From the NCBI GenBank assembly GCA_017463125.1, contig JAFTPV010000015.1:20113-84112 (forward strand): 64,000 nt of DNA. Reading direction: 5' to 3'. Source of the stretch: Clostridia bacterium (GTDB taxonomy: Bacteria; Bacillota; Clostridia; Oscillospirales; CAG-272). The position numbers and the translations under genes are program-made. Shown here piece by piece: positions 28,201 through 38,373 of the stretch. Position 1 is the stretch's first letter, and the number at the start of each line of letters is the position of its first letter. The notes below the pieces were generated by a model. The model made no database searches. It saw only the letters and a list, made by a program, of their open reading frames with translations, and was not told where the DNA came from.

Positions 28201-29475
28201 CTTAATTATAAGAATATTAATGATATATCTCTTCCCGAGCACTTGAGGGTTATTCCCGCATCCGCTCTTGCAGGTACGGGCGTGGTCAACAATGTTGCAG
28301 GCTATACCGACGGTATGCTTATCATTAACCGTCATCTTATTAAGGTTAACCCTGCGTTGTTCAGAACTGTTGCTGACGCTAACAAGTATATTTCTACAAA
28401 CTTCTTCGCAACTAATGCTAACATTTTTACTATTGCAGGCGGCGCATTCGCTCGTTGCGAAACTCTTACCGATCTCTTTATCTCTAACACAATTCAGTAC
28501 ATCAACGTTGATGCGTTTGATGATCCTTCAAAGATTGCGAACATCTTCGTAAATCTTGCGGCGGATAAAACAACAGGTGTTCCTGCTACTTGGCCCGGCA
28601 TTGTTAAGGATATCACCTTCGATAATGCTAAGGTCTATTATGCCGGTGAGTATTCTCCCGTAACCGTAACGCTTGAGGGCGGCCAAAACGTTACTGTTGG
28701 TTACAAGGGTAACGAGGGTGTTTGCCACCACATTTACGGTAATTGGGCAGATAATACTGCCGCTACTTGTATTGCAAACGCTACACAAAAGCGCGTATGT
28801 AAGTTCAGTTGCGGTCTTGAAGGATGTGAAGACGTTCAAGATGTTGCTAACACGATGCTCGAGCACACCTATGGCGAGTGGAAGTATAACAATGACGCAA
28901 CATGCTCGTCTTACGGTACGGAAACCCATACCTGCACTACTTGCGAAGATGCCGGTGCTGAAACAGCTTTTGTTGAAACCAGAAAGCGCGAGAGCGGTGA
29001 ATATGCAGGGCACGCTTACGGCGAATGGGTATTTGACGACAACGCAACTGATTGTTGTTACGGTACTGAATCAAGAACTTGCACTACCTGTCTTGAGGGG
29101 GATGTTGCAAAAGAAACGCGACTGATTACAGAAGGCGAACGCGAACTCGTAGGTCATACCTTTACCACTTACGTTTATAACAATGATGCGACTTGTGAGC
29201 ACGCTGAAACTCCCTCTTATGGTACTGAAACCGCAACCTGCGATGTATGTAAAATTGTAACAAAATCGCAAGATCGTAAATCAGGCGAGGGCGTTGAGTA
29301 CGCAGATTGCGTATTCGATCAGGAGGTTGTAGACGAAAAGTATCTCAAGGAGGCAGCAACTACGGAATCTGCAGCGGTTTATTGGAAATCCTGCAAGCAC
29401 TGCGGTACCGCAAGCACGAATGAGGCAGATGTATTCACTTCCGGAGAACCTCTTACCTCGGAAGAAAATCAATAA
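25264..29475 (+). CDS. giant cell-surface lipoprotein with Listeria-Bacteroides-type (Flg_new) repeats, BspA-type LRR blocks and C-terminal Cys3-His repeats
   Basis: Start at ATG 25264 (MKTWLKTLIAIMLMLTCVFTYAAC|DG lipobox) behind AAGGAG. Three about 100-aa repeats end in YNGYxFxxWY...DxVLYG (25447-26334). Multiple LRR_5-like blocks follow (IGxxAFxxCxxLxSV). Cys-rich tandem repeats occupy 28717-29410. Confidence 0.8.
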   Translation: MKTWLKTLIAIMLMLTCVFTYAACDGTTQEPDNTPSGDTDPNPDNENTNNGVIQPDIPEKSYRIKFVYSYTAQTKNNNDRTQNVKESVTVHTVYVDYENNGWTDALKAEKDAINYNGYKFDCWYAQWDDSVKPQVPVGDPYTFDGEINSDIVLYAYRGDKVGDNIVWDIEYFYETADAVLSEDVPEGSAKVDFVYQTAKGNVKENIALAAKTVSKDADAAALAAFKTEVDKITYNGCSFTSWYTYDAEGNKVVYNFTTAPSGDLVLYGEIFDPTVLPEVPDEIPQGSFKVDFVYADEEATIGTLVVDGTIGWTEAQKAMKDALSYNGYPFAAWYTANSETAYTFSEALTADLVLYGQLSETELTPVVTEKDERGAILNLTGYGKMYDANMADEVDVPWYSHRKSITTVNLVPYVDEDGKSHGITYIGKNAFADCTKLTSVDWGDDLEEIGVSAFEGANAKAFKYLRLPSTVKTVGQYAFAKTSLQYIYFEEDTVTVKDNQGNVVKDEQGNDVVTKVGINTIDAYAFSSNKNIKYVVVPTTLAVVGENAFNPNGTVTSSYLSKVYYMGTDNSPITGVDATGAELGENAKKINISGGNDWFKSELLTTIYTYMSEEESNKTVDGKPVYDAEDLKTSWHWNGDKVNSYAVQYAFALKYQFKSVTVATDYVRVSPKKDANNDYIFDQDGNLELEGVIQQANLDFRYNLYHNGYRFYSYTDNDKYNTIDATITEDTAIECKRNNEGTNIYEGNLGGGITWTYTIDDLDKNSNTKDGVLTIKAAAANAEIHANETKNRTWDFATPADATSLWFGNSLNGAWVHKVIIEDGVERIGKFVFAGLVSITEVVIPESVTEIDPTAFDDCASLLSVYYMKDGVDIVDAKGEKSSLTAKNAVSFVKAEAGTDKDGAYWMQMGDKKVAWKLTTETVEENGTVKTTGRNLYVGGDVEMIDFAVASEAPWHAANDSITSLTVANNITKLGANMVLNYKNINDISLPEHLRVIPASALAGTGVVNNVAGYTDGMLIINRHLIKVNPALFRTVADANKYISTNFFATNANIFTIAGGAFARCETLTDLFISNTIQYINVDAFDDPSKIANIFVNLAADKTTGVPATWPGIVKDITFDNAKVYYAGEYSPVTVTLEGGQNVTVGYKGNEGVCHHIYGNWADNTAATCIANATQKRVCKFSCGLEGCEDVQDVANTMLEHTYGEWKYNNDATCSSYGTETHTCTTCEDAGAETAFVETRKRESGEYAGHAYGEWVFDDNATDCCYGTESRTCTTCLEGDVAKETRLITEGERELVGHTFTTYVYNNDATCEHAETPSYGTETATCDVCKIVTKSQDRKSGEGVEYADCVFDQEVVDEKYLKEAATTESAAVYWKSCKHCGTASTNEADVFTSGEPLTSEENQ

Positions 29476-29511
29476 ACCACAACCGAATAATTAATAAAAA
29501 AACTAAATTTT

Positions 29512-29545
29512 CAGAGGCGACTCGTAAAAGCCGCCTCTGTTTTAT
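29512..29545 (+). terminator. intrinsic terminator of the giant LRR gene
   Basis: CAGAGGCG-actcgtaaaagc-CGCCTCTG followed by TTTT. Confidence 0.7.
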
Positions 29546-29580
29546 AATATAAAAGAGCTGGCAGAAGGTTATTACTACTG

Positions 29581-30417
29581 TCAGCTCTTTTTGTTTATTT
29601 GTTGTTTTTTACTTAATCGGCTTAATGGATTAAAATTGGAGATTGAAATTACAGCCGAGGGTGATGTGATCTCTATTGTTTCTCCCGACTTGTTCATAAC
29701 GATAAGTGCGCAACTGCTTTTATCTACACCGATAACTTTGCCTGAAAATTTCTTGCCGTTTTGTGTATATTTTATTTTTCTGTCATAATATAAGAAACGC
29801 TGCTTATAAGTGTTCATGTGCTTGGCAGGGTTTTTTATATCAATATAAATATCAAAAAACTTATTAAGAATAGTTTTTGTGATTATCATAGGAATAGAAG
29901 GGTTATCCTCGTCGAAAACCTTGCTTATCATGTCTGTAAGCCTTGGAGTAAAGAACTTATTGTCAAGCCTTAAAGCAAAGCTTACTATCATATATTCGTA
30001 TGATGAGAAGCTGTCAAGCTTTCCTTCAATAGTGCATCCGCCTATTTTTTGTCCCTCGTAGTATATATCGGATACCCAGCCTATTTTGGCTTTTTTTGTA
30101 GTATGCTCCTCAAAGGCTCCGAGAAGCGCCACTGCCGAAAGCGGAGCTAAAAGACCTGCTTGAGAAGGGAAGAAGGAAGGCCGCAAAATGCAGGATATAA
30201 ATACTCCGCGTTCAACGGCACCGTCAGACAGCCTTGTTCCAATAATAGGTGATTTCGTTTGTCCCTCGGAAAAAACGACGTATCTGTCAGGCTTACCAGC
30301 CATCGCATACTCTCTTGCAAGATCTGCGGTAGAAGGGACGGTGTTCCAGCACTCAAGTCTTATATTGTTACCATCGCTTGCGCGAAAGCTGGTTATTTCC
30401 TTGAACTCGTAATTCAT
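29581..30417 (-). CDS. biotin-protein-ligase (BirA catalytic domain) family protein with degenerate active-site motifs
   Basis: 278 aa with no HTH. The BPL-like core is STADLAREYA...GVFISCILRP...IGWVSDIYYEGQKIGGCTIE. The GRGRxGRxW loop is replaced by QTKSPIIGTRLS, and the Lys of KWPND is replaced by Gly (IGWVSD). Strong RBS GGAGGA. Confidence 0.6.
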   Translation of the reverse strand: MNYEFKEITSFRASDGNNIRLECWNTVPSTADLAREYAMAGKPDRYVVFSEGQTKSPIIGTRLSDGAVERGVFISCILRPSFFPSQAGLLAPLSAVALLGAFEEHTTKKAKIGWVSDIYYEGQKIGGCTIEGKLDSFSSYEYMIVSFALRLDNKFFTPRLTDMISKVFDEDNPSIPMIITKTILNKFFDIYIDIKNPAKHMNTYKQRFLYYDRKIKYTQNGKKFSGKVIGVDKSSCALIVMNKSGETIEITSPSAVISISNFNPLSRLSKKQQINKKS

Positions 30418-30465
30418 ACCATCCTCCTTCCTCTATATTTATACATTATAATTTATAATTATATA

Positions 30466-31917
30466 TTAATATGCCTTACCCCAATAAACGAGCTTTTTAG
30501 CATCTCTGCCGCAACAAACGCATTTGTCACTAATAGCTTCTGCATCAAAGGGCATACAACGCGACGTTACGTCGGCTACCTCCTTAAGCTTCATCTCGCA
30601 CTCAAGGTCGCCACACCACATGGCTCTGATATAACCGCTATTTTCATTTGCGATATTAACAAGCTCCTCGAGATTAGTAGCACTAAAGGTTCTGTCCTCG
30701 CGGTTCTTAAGCGCCTTTTCGTAAAGAGCGGCGCGTAGATTTTCAAGTCCCTCGGTAACAGCGGTAGTGACGTCGTTGATTGCAACGAAGCTCTTCTCTC
30801 TGTTATCACGGCGTACGATGACGCATTTGCCTTCCGCAAGGTCGCGAGGGCCAATCTCGATACGAAGGGGAACACCCTTCATCTCGTACTCGGAGAATTT
30901 CCAGCCGGGCGACTGCTCGGAGTCGTCCATCTTGACTCTGAAGCCTGCGGCTTTAAGAGTATCGGCAAGCTTGCTTGCCGCCTCTATAACGCCTTCCTTG
31001 TGTTGCTGTACGGGAATAACTACAACCTGTATCGGTGCAACGGAGGGGGGGAGAACAAGACCTGAATCATCACCGTGAGTCATTATGATACCGCCGATAA
31101 TACGGGTTGAAACACCCCATGAGGTTTCGTATGCGTACTTCAGTTGGTTATCACTGTCAAGGAACTGAATGTCAAAAGCCTTGGCGAAGCCGTTGCCGAA
31201 GTTGTGAGAGGTACCGCCCTGAAGAGCCTTGCCGTCGTGCATAAGTGCTTCGACCGTATAGGTTGCTTCAGCACCGGCAAACTTTTCCTTATCAGTTTTT
31301 TGACCGCGAATTACGGGCATACCAAGCTCTTTTTCAAAGAAATCGGCGTAGACATTCAGCATCTGCACCGTTCTTGCTTCTGCTTCCTCTGCCGTTCTGT
31401 GCATAGTGTGTCCCTCTTGCCAAAGGAACTCGCGGGAACGGAGGAAGGGACGGGTAGTTTTTTCCCATCTTACGACAGAACACCACTGGTTGTAAACCTT
31501 GGGGAGATCTCTGTATGACTTGATGATATTGGCGTAATGCTCACAGAAGAGGGTTTCGGACGTAGGACGAACACAAAGGCGCTCGGCAAGCTTCTCATTA
31601 CCGCCATGCGTTACCCATGCAACCTCTGGAGCAAATCCCTCAACGGGATCCTTCTCCTTCTTCAAAAGAGATTCGGGAATAAACATAGGCATATATACTT
31701 TCTCAACGCCCGTTTCCTTAAACTTTGCATCAAGGATTTTCTGAATATTTTCCCAAATAGCGTATCCGTAAGGACGGATTATCATACAACCCTTAACGCT
31801 GGAATAATCGATTAGGTCTGCCTTTTTTACTATATCGGTATACCACTTGGCGAAGTCCTCGTCCATAGCGGTGATTTCTGTTACGAGTTTTTTGTCTTTC
31901 TGTGAATTGCCTGCCAT
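30466..31917 (-). CDS. proS: proline--tRNA ligase (archaeal/eukaryote-like ProRS type)
   Basis: 483 aa class II aa[22 protein letters not shown] and GTSHNFG blocks, an anticodon-binding domain, and a Cys-rich C-terminal domain ending in WGKAY. Confidence 0.95.
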   Translation of the reverse strand: MAGNSQKDKKLVTEITAMDEDFAKWYTDIVKKADLIDYSSVKGCMIIRPYGYAIWENIQKILDAKFKETGVEKVYMPMFIPESLLKKEKDPVEGFAPEVAWVTHGGNEKLAERLCVRPTSETLFCEHYANIIKSYRDLPKVYNQWCSVVRWEKTTRPFLRSREFLWQEGHTMHRTAEEAEARTVQMLNVYADFFEKELGMPVIRGQKTDKEKFAGAEATYTVEALMHDGKALQGGTSHNFGNGFAKAFDIQFLDSDNQLKYAYETSWGVSTRIIGGIIMTHGDDSGLVLPPSVAPIQVVVIPVQQHKEGVIEAASKLADTLKAAGFRVKMDDSEQSPGWKFSEYEMKGVPLRIEIGPRDLAEGKCVIVRRDNREKSFVAINDVTTAVTEGLENLRAALYEKALKNREDRTFSATNLEELVNIANENSGYIRAMWCGDLECEMKLKEVADVTSRCMPFDAEAISDKCVCCGRDAKKLVYWGKAY

Positions 31918-31959
31918 AAAACAGTAAATTTCCTTTCAAAATATAATGCATCAGCATAA

Positions 31960-31988
31960 ATTATATACCAAAAGCTGAGTTTTGTCAA
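31960..31988 (-). promoter_or_regulatory. sigma-A promoter for proS
   Basis: Minus strand reads TTGACA (comp 31983-31988), N17, TATAAT (comp 31960-31965). The UTR is about 40 nt, with no T-box leader. Confidence 0.6.
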
Positions 31989-32101
31989 GCGATTTTATCT
32001 TTTTATAATACAAAATCTTTTGATATAATAAGGCTTTTTTGTGCAAATGAACGTTTTTTTACGATTTTTGACTAAAAACAGCATAAATTTTGCAAAATCA
32101 C

Positions 32102-32130
32102 TTGAAAAAACTTTCAAAATATACTATAAT
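32102..32130 (+). promoter_or_regulatory. sigma-A promoter for the aminotransferase gene
   Basis: TTGAAA (32102-32107), N17, TATAAT (32125-32130). Confidence 0.55.
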
Positions 32131-32205
32131 AGAAGGGAATTTTATTAAAAAATGAATAATTCAGAATTCTTTCATTCAAAATTGTTCGTTAGCAAAGGAA
32201 AAAAT

Positions 32206-33480
32206 ATGAAAAAATACAGCGAATTTACAAGGGAAGAGCTGCTTGTAGAAAAATCGGTTCTTTTGGAAAAATATAATGAGTATAAAGCAAGTGGCTTAAA
32301 GCTTGATCTTTCAAGAGGTAAGCCTAATTCTGATCAGCTTGATATAAGCCTTCCTCTTCTTTCGGAGGCAAGACCACGCGAGAAATGCTTTTCTGAAAAC
32401 GGCGTTGACTGCCGTAACTACGGCGTGCTTGACGGTATTCCCGAAATGAAGCGCCTTTTTGCCGATATGCTCGGTATTAAGGAGGAGTATATTGCCGTTG
32501 GCGGAAACTCATCTCTTCAACTTATGTATGACACTATCACGAGAGCTATGCTCTTCGGAGTCGTTGGCTCCGAGCGTCCTTGGTGCGAAGAGCCTTCTCG
32601 CAAGTGGATTTGCGTAACTCCCGGGTATGACAGACATTTCAAAATGACCGAGGTTCTCGGCTTTGAGCTTCTTTCTGTAAAAATGACAGAAACAGGTCCC
32701 GATATGGACGAGGTCGAGCGTCTTGTCAAGGATCCTACGGTTAAGGGTATTTGGTGCGTACCGAAGTATTCTAACCCGTCGGGAAACACTTATTCTGATG
32801 AAACCGTACGCCGTCTTGCTAAAATGAAGTGCGCAGCTCCAGATTTCCGTATTATGTGGGACAACGCTTACGCCGTTCACGATCTTGGTGAAGAGGGGGA
32901 TAAGCTCCTTGACATATTCGGTGAGGCAGAGAAATACGGAACTCTTGACAGAATCTTCTATTTCACCTCTACCTCGAAGATTACCTTCCCGGGTGCAGGT
33001 GTAGCTATGATGGCGGCTTCCCCCGCCAACCTGAAACAGATCTCGCAGTACCTTGGCGTACAGACCATAGGTTACGATAAGCTCAACCAGCTTCGTCATA
33101 CCACCTATTTTGCTGATGCGAAGGCTGTTCACGCTCACATGATGAAGCTTGCCGAATTTATTGGAAAGAAATTTAAGATAACCCTTGATGCACTCTCGAC
33201 TCTTCGCGGTCTTGGTATCGCAGAGTGGACAGAACCAAGAGGCGGATATTTTGTATCCCTCGACGTTCTTCCCGGTACGGCAAAGAGGGTATATGAGCTT
33301 ATGAAGGAGGCAGGTGTAACGCTTACCTCGGTTGGCGCAACCTATCCCTACGGCATCGACCCAGAGGATAAAAATTTGCGTATTGCTCCCACTTACCCAA
33401 CCGATGAGGAAGTGAAAATGGCGACTGACATTCTCGCCTTGACGGTAAGACTTGCCGCAGTTGAGCATTACTTAAAATAA
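32206..33480 (+). CDS. class I/II-fold PLP-dependent aminotransferase
   Basis: About 424 aa from ATG 32206 (MKKYSEFTREELL). The ORF-track start at 32152 lies only about 15 nt after the predicted transcription start. PLP-Lys context FTSTSKITFPGAGVA, plus an NPSGNTYS block. Confidence 0.75.
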   Translation: MKKYSEFTREELLVEKSVLLEKYNEYKASGLKLDLSRGKPNSDQLDISLPLLSEARPREKCFSENGVDCRNYGVLDGIPEMKRLFADMLGIKEEYIAVGGNSSLQLMYDTITRAMLFGVVGSERPWCEEPSRKWICVTPGYDRHFKMTEVLGFELLSVKMTETGPDMDEVERLVKDPTVKGIWCVPKYSNPSGNTYSDETVRRLAKMKCAAPDFRIMWDNAYAVHDLGEEGDKLLDIFGEAEKYGTLDRIFYFTSTSKITFPGAGVAMMAASPANLKQISQYLGVQTIGYDKLNQLRHTTYFADAKAVHAHMMKLAEFIGKKFKITLDALSTLRGLGIAEWTEPRGGYFVSLDVLPGTAKRVYELMKEAGVTLTSVGATYPYGIDPEDKNLRIAPTYPTDEEVKMATDILALTVRLAAVEHYLK

Positions 33481-33487
33481 ATATATA

Positions 33488-33538
33488 AAATATGAAAGCC
33501 TTCTCCGGCAAAATGCTTTGGAGAAGGCTTTCATATTT
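33488..33538. terminator. bidirectional terminator between convergent genes
   Basis: Perfect 19-bp stem AAATATGAAAGCCTTCTCC / GGAGAAGGCTTTCATATTT with a 13-nt loop, flanked by A- and T-rich runs. Confidence 0.75.
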
Positions 33539-35037
33539 TATTCAAATCTTATAGAATAAATATCGCAGTCGTACATCTTTATTTCAAGAGTTACCGCTTT
33601 TCCCGAAAGACGCTTTACTGCCGTCTCGTCCTCAAAGCGAATAACCTTGTCAACCGAATTTCCAAATATCTCGCAGGAGGTGTATTGCTCGTCGCCGCAC
33701 TTTAGCGTAAAATAGGCGTTGCCTCTGGCTGACGTTGCAATATTTGCGTAAAGGCGCTCACCCTCGTAAATAAATTCCTTCGTTACCGCTGTCGCCTCCT
33801 TGCCGCCCGCATGAAGCGAAACGAAGCCATCAAGGCGAATAGTGTATTTGACAAGCTTGTTGTAGCCGTCTTTTGTGCGGAAGCTTTCACGAACTATAAT
33901 CATATATTCGTTATCCGCACCGGGAATTTCTGACGGAACCTCGATTACGGCAGGTGAGGCTGTACCGTCACCGTATACGAAGGCTTCGGGATTTTCGGGA
34001 GGGGGAGGGAGAATTGCTTCGTCGTATTTTGTGAAATTGTAGCCGTCACGGCTGCTCATAAACAGACCGTCGCTGATTGCAAGCCCCATACGTGCCATCT
34101 GCTTAATTCTCTCAAGTCTGTTCTCTCTTCCACAAAGCTCGTCATAGTTCTTTGTCCACGCCTTGCGCTCGGTATAACGAAGAGGAAAAGCTATAAAAAT
34201 ATGCGGAGCTCTAGGATAAGGAAAAACGACGTTGTTATAAAGCTGAAAATCAGCACCCGTTGCATTAATGCGCTGTTGCTTCGACCAATGAATGAAATCC
34301 TCTGACTCAATAACGCGCACGTCGCGCATAAAGGTAAACGTACCGTTGCCCGGCTCGCGAAGCATAAATTTCATTGGGTCGTAAAGCGCGTTTGCCGTCT
34401 TATCAGTATAAGATTTATCAATTAGGGGAACGCTTCCGTCAGGCTCGTGCTCTCCTCTGTAATAGCAGAAATATTTCTTATGCTCGGGACTCCAGAAGGC
34501 GCGGTTCTGCGAATCAAATTCGCCATCGTCCGTAACAAGCCTTGAGTCTGTGAAATGAATACCGTCAGAGCTTGTCAAAAGAAGAAGGGAAGCGTGGCCT
34601 ATCCACCAAGCAATCATTTTATATTTTTGATTATCCGGACAGGCGGGATTCTCGTCGTAAAATACCGAGAAATTGTCAAAGTTTGTGAAGCCGAATTTTT
34701 TCAGCATTTCAAGATCAAGTATGATATTATTATTCTTTGAACCCCTGAATTCAACGATATTAAGCTCCGGTCTTATCCAGCTTTGTCCATCGCCACTCTC
34801 TAGGTAACAGACGTACTTTTCGTTTGTGGAAAGCGTAGATGTATAATACATTATCCACTTATCTTTAACAAAAATCGGGTTAAAGAATGTGTTGTATTTG
34901 CCCTCCCAAGGACGATCAAGTGCTAAAAGCTCACCGCGCCTTACGGGCTTATGAAGTCTTTTTTCAGCGGAGCTTTTCTCCTCGTCAATCAAAAAATTAT
35001 CAAAAAAGCATTCTCTTCTTTTTCCAACGTTTATCAT
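33538..35037 (-). CDS. hypothetical cytoplasmic beta-propeller protein with Asp-box-like motifs (sialidase/glycoside-hydrolase-like) plus a C-terminal beta-sandwich
   Basis: 499 aa with no signal peptide. Four SxDGxxW/F-type motifs (SGDGQSW, SSDGIHF, SEDFIHW, SRDGYNF). The family is not recognised. Confidence 0.35.
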   Translation of the reverse strand: MINVGKRRECFFDNFLIDEEKSSAEKRLHKPVRRGELLALDRPWEGKYNTFFNPIFVKDKWIMYYTSTLSTNEKYVCYLESGDGQSWIRPELNIVEFRGSKNNNIILDLEMLKKFGFTNFDNFSVFYDENPACPDNQKYKMIAWWIGHASLLLLTSSDGIHFTDSRLVTDDGEFDSQNRAFWSPEHKKYFCYYRGEHEPDGSVPLIDKSYTDKTANALYDPMKFMLREPGNGTFTFMRDVRVIESEDFIHWSKQQRINATGADFQLYNNVVFPYPRAPHIFIAFPLRYTERKAWTKNYDELCGRENRLERIKQMARMGLAISDGLFMSSRDGYNFTKYDEAILPPPPENPEAFVYGDGTASPAVIEVPSEIPGADNEYMIIVRESFRTKDGYNKLVKYTIRLDGFVSLHAGGKEATAVTKEFIYEGERLYANIATSARGNAYFTLKCGDEQYTSCEIFGNSVDKVIRFEDETAVKRLSGKAVTLEIKMYDCDIYSIRFE

Positions 35038-35080
35038 AGCTGTTTCCTTCGCGTTTTTAGAAGTTTTTCTTTCAATATTG

Positions 35081-35109
35081 ATTATATCACGTGAGCCTTA
35101 CCGTGTCAA
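35081..35109 (-). promoter_or_regulatory. consensus sigma-A promoter for the beta-propeller gene
   Basis: Minus strand reads TTGACA (comp 35104-35109), N17, TATAAT (comp 35081-35086). Confidence 0.6.
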
Positions 35110-35207
35110 CCAATTGAAAGGTTAGATTTTTAACAACTCTACGAATTGGTTAGTGCTATTTTAATGAAATAAGAGGATAGTGCAAAAACCATCCTCTTAT
35201 ATTTTAA

Positions 35208-36113
35208 TTACGATATATTATCTCTGAAGCCCTTACCCATAATCTCGCTGGTTTTTGTTATAATTATAAACGCGTGAGGATCTATGTCGTTCACCTTGCG
35301 TCTGAGTCTGATTGCCTCGGACCTGCGGCAAACGGTTGTTATCACCGTCTTATCCTCGCCTGTATATATTCCCTTTGCAATATGTACGGTTGCGCCATGC
35401 TTCATTTCTGCAACTATGTACCTGTTTATTTCATCTGGCTTTGTGGTTATGATAGTAAAGGATTTACACATATTAATGGAGTCGAGAATATCGTCCACGA
35501 CGAAAACCTTTGCAAAAAGACCGAGAAGTGAGAAAAGACCTGTTTCGGCAGCAAGCTCAATACCGCCGTCTGTAAATTTAATAAAGGTTGCCGCCGCAAT
35601 AAGAAAGTCTGAGCACAACAGCGCTGTGCCAACGTTCATCTGCGTGTATTTTTTCAGAACCAGTGCGACGATATCCGTACCGCCGGACGACGCTTTACAT
35701 TTGAAGATTATAGCAGAGCCTATGCCCGTTAATAGAACAGCGTAGACAAGCTCCATTATGGGATAACTTGTCAGAGGCTCGGTGATGGGGAACAAAAGCT
35801 CTAACATCCAGTTTTCAAGGGAGAGCATAAGGGCGCAGTATATGGTGAGAGCACCGCACTCCCTACCTAGAACGATAACACCGACAATTAGCAAAAGAAT
35901 ATTTATCACCATCATGTACGTGGCCTGTGACATAATGGGTAAAGCATTTGCCAAAATAATAGAAAGACCGCTGACTCCTCCTGTAGCAAAGCTGTTAGGA
36001 GCCTTAAAAAAATAGATGCCTGCAGCCATTAAAAGAATACCGAGATTAAGAAAACTCCAGTATTTTATTGCATCAATTAGACCTTTTTGACTTTTCACTG
36101 TTTGTTCTTTCAT
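35208..36113 (-). CDS. YitT-family membrane protein with C-terminal DUF2179 domain
   Basis: Membrane domain with FATGGVSGLSIIL and SSGGTDIVAL, and a C-terminal soluble domain ...ITKTSEIMGKGF. The ORF-track GTG at 36164 overlaps a TATAAT box, so ATG comp(36111-36113) (MKEQTVKS) is preferred. Confidence 0.7.
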   Translation of the reverse strand: MKEQTVKSQKGLIDAIKYWSFLNLGILLMAAGIYFFKAPNSFATGGVSGLSIILANALPIMSQATYMMVINILLLIVGVIVLGRECGALTIYCALMLSLENWMLELLFPITEPLTSYPIMELVYAVLLTGIGSAIIFKCKASSGGTDIVALVLKKYTQMNVGTALLCSDFLIAAATFIKFTDGGIELAAETGLFSLLGLFAKVFVVDDILDSINMCKSFTIITTKPDEINRYIVAEMKHGATVHIAKGIYTGEDKTVITTVCRRSEAIRLRRKVNDIDPHAFIIITKTSEIMGKGFRDNIS

Positions 36114-36273
36114 TTTGAGTTTTTTTGTTTGTCCTTTCGATTTTTTAACATAATAATTATACACCTAAAAGCGTGAATGTCAAGTGGGCGATCTAATTCA
36201 TTTTCGAGGCAAAAAACGGCATTTTTAGCTCTTTTTTGCACAAATAATATTAGCCCAATTCATATAACTGTTC

Positions 36274-36302
36274 TTGACAAAACTATGTAATCGTGGTAAA
36301 AT
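36274..36302 (+). promoter_or_regulatory. sigma-A promoter for ligA
   Basis: TTGACA (36274-36279), N17, TAAAAT (36297-36302), with TGG extended -10. Confidence 0.55.
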
Positions 36303-36321
36303 ATTTATGTAAAAATTCTAA

Positions 36322-38346
<2,025 letters not shown>

Positions 38347-38373
38347 AAAATCTGTTTTAGATGAGAGATAACG

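Noticed and set aside
31918-32150. Possible T-box leader upstream of proS
   Set aside because: The predicted proS promoter leaves only an about 40-nt UTR. The region is extremely AT-rich and lacks any T-box consensus (no GGUGGUACCGCG-like sequence, specifier loop or terminator/antiterminator pair).
36114-36164. Upstream GTG starts given by the ORF track for the YitT-family gene (36164) and likewise for the hydrolase gene (55716), rluA-family gene (43532) and GH42-like gene (43620)
   Set aside because: In each case the extension overlaps or precedes a good -10 or -35 promoter element and lacks an RBS. Downstream starts with RBSs were preferred, so the 5-prime ends remain predictions.
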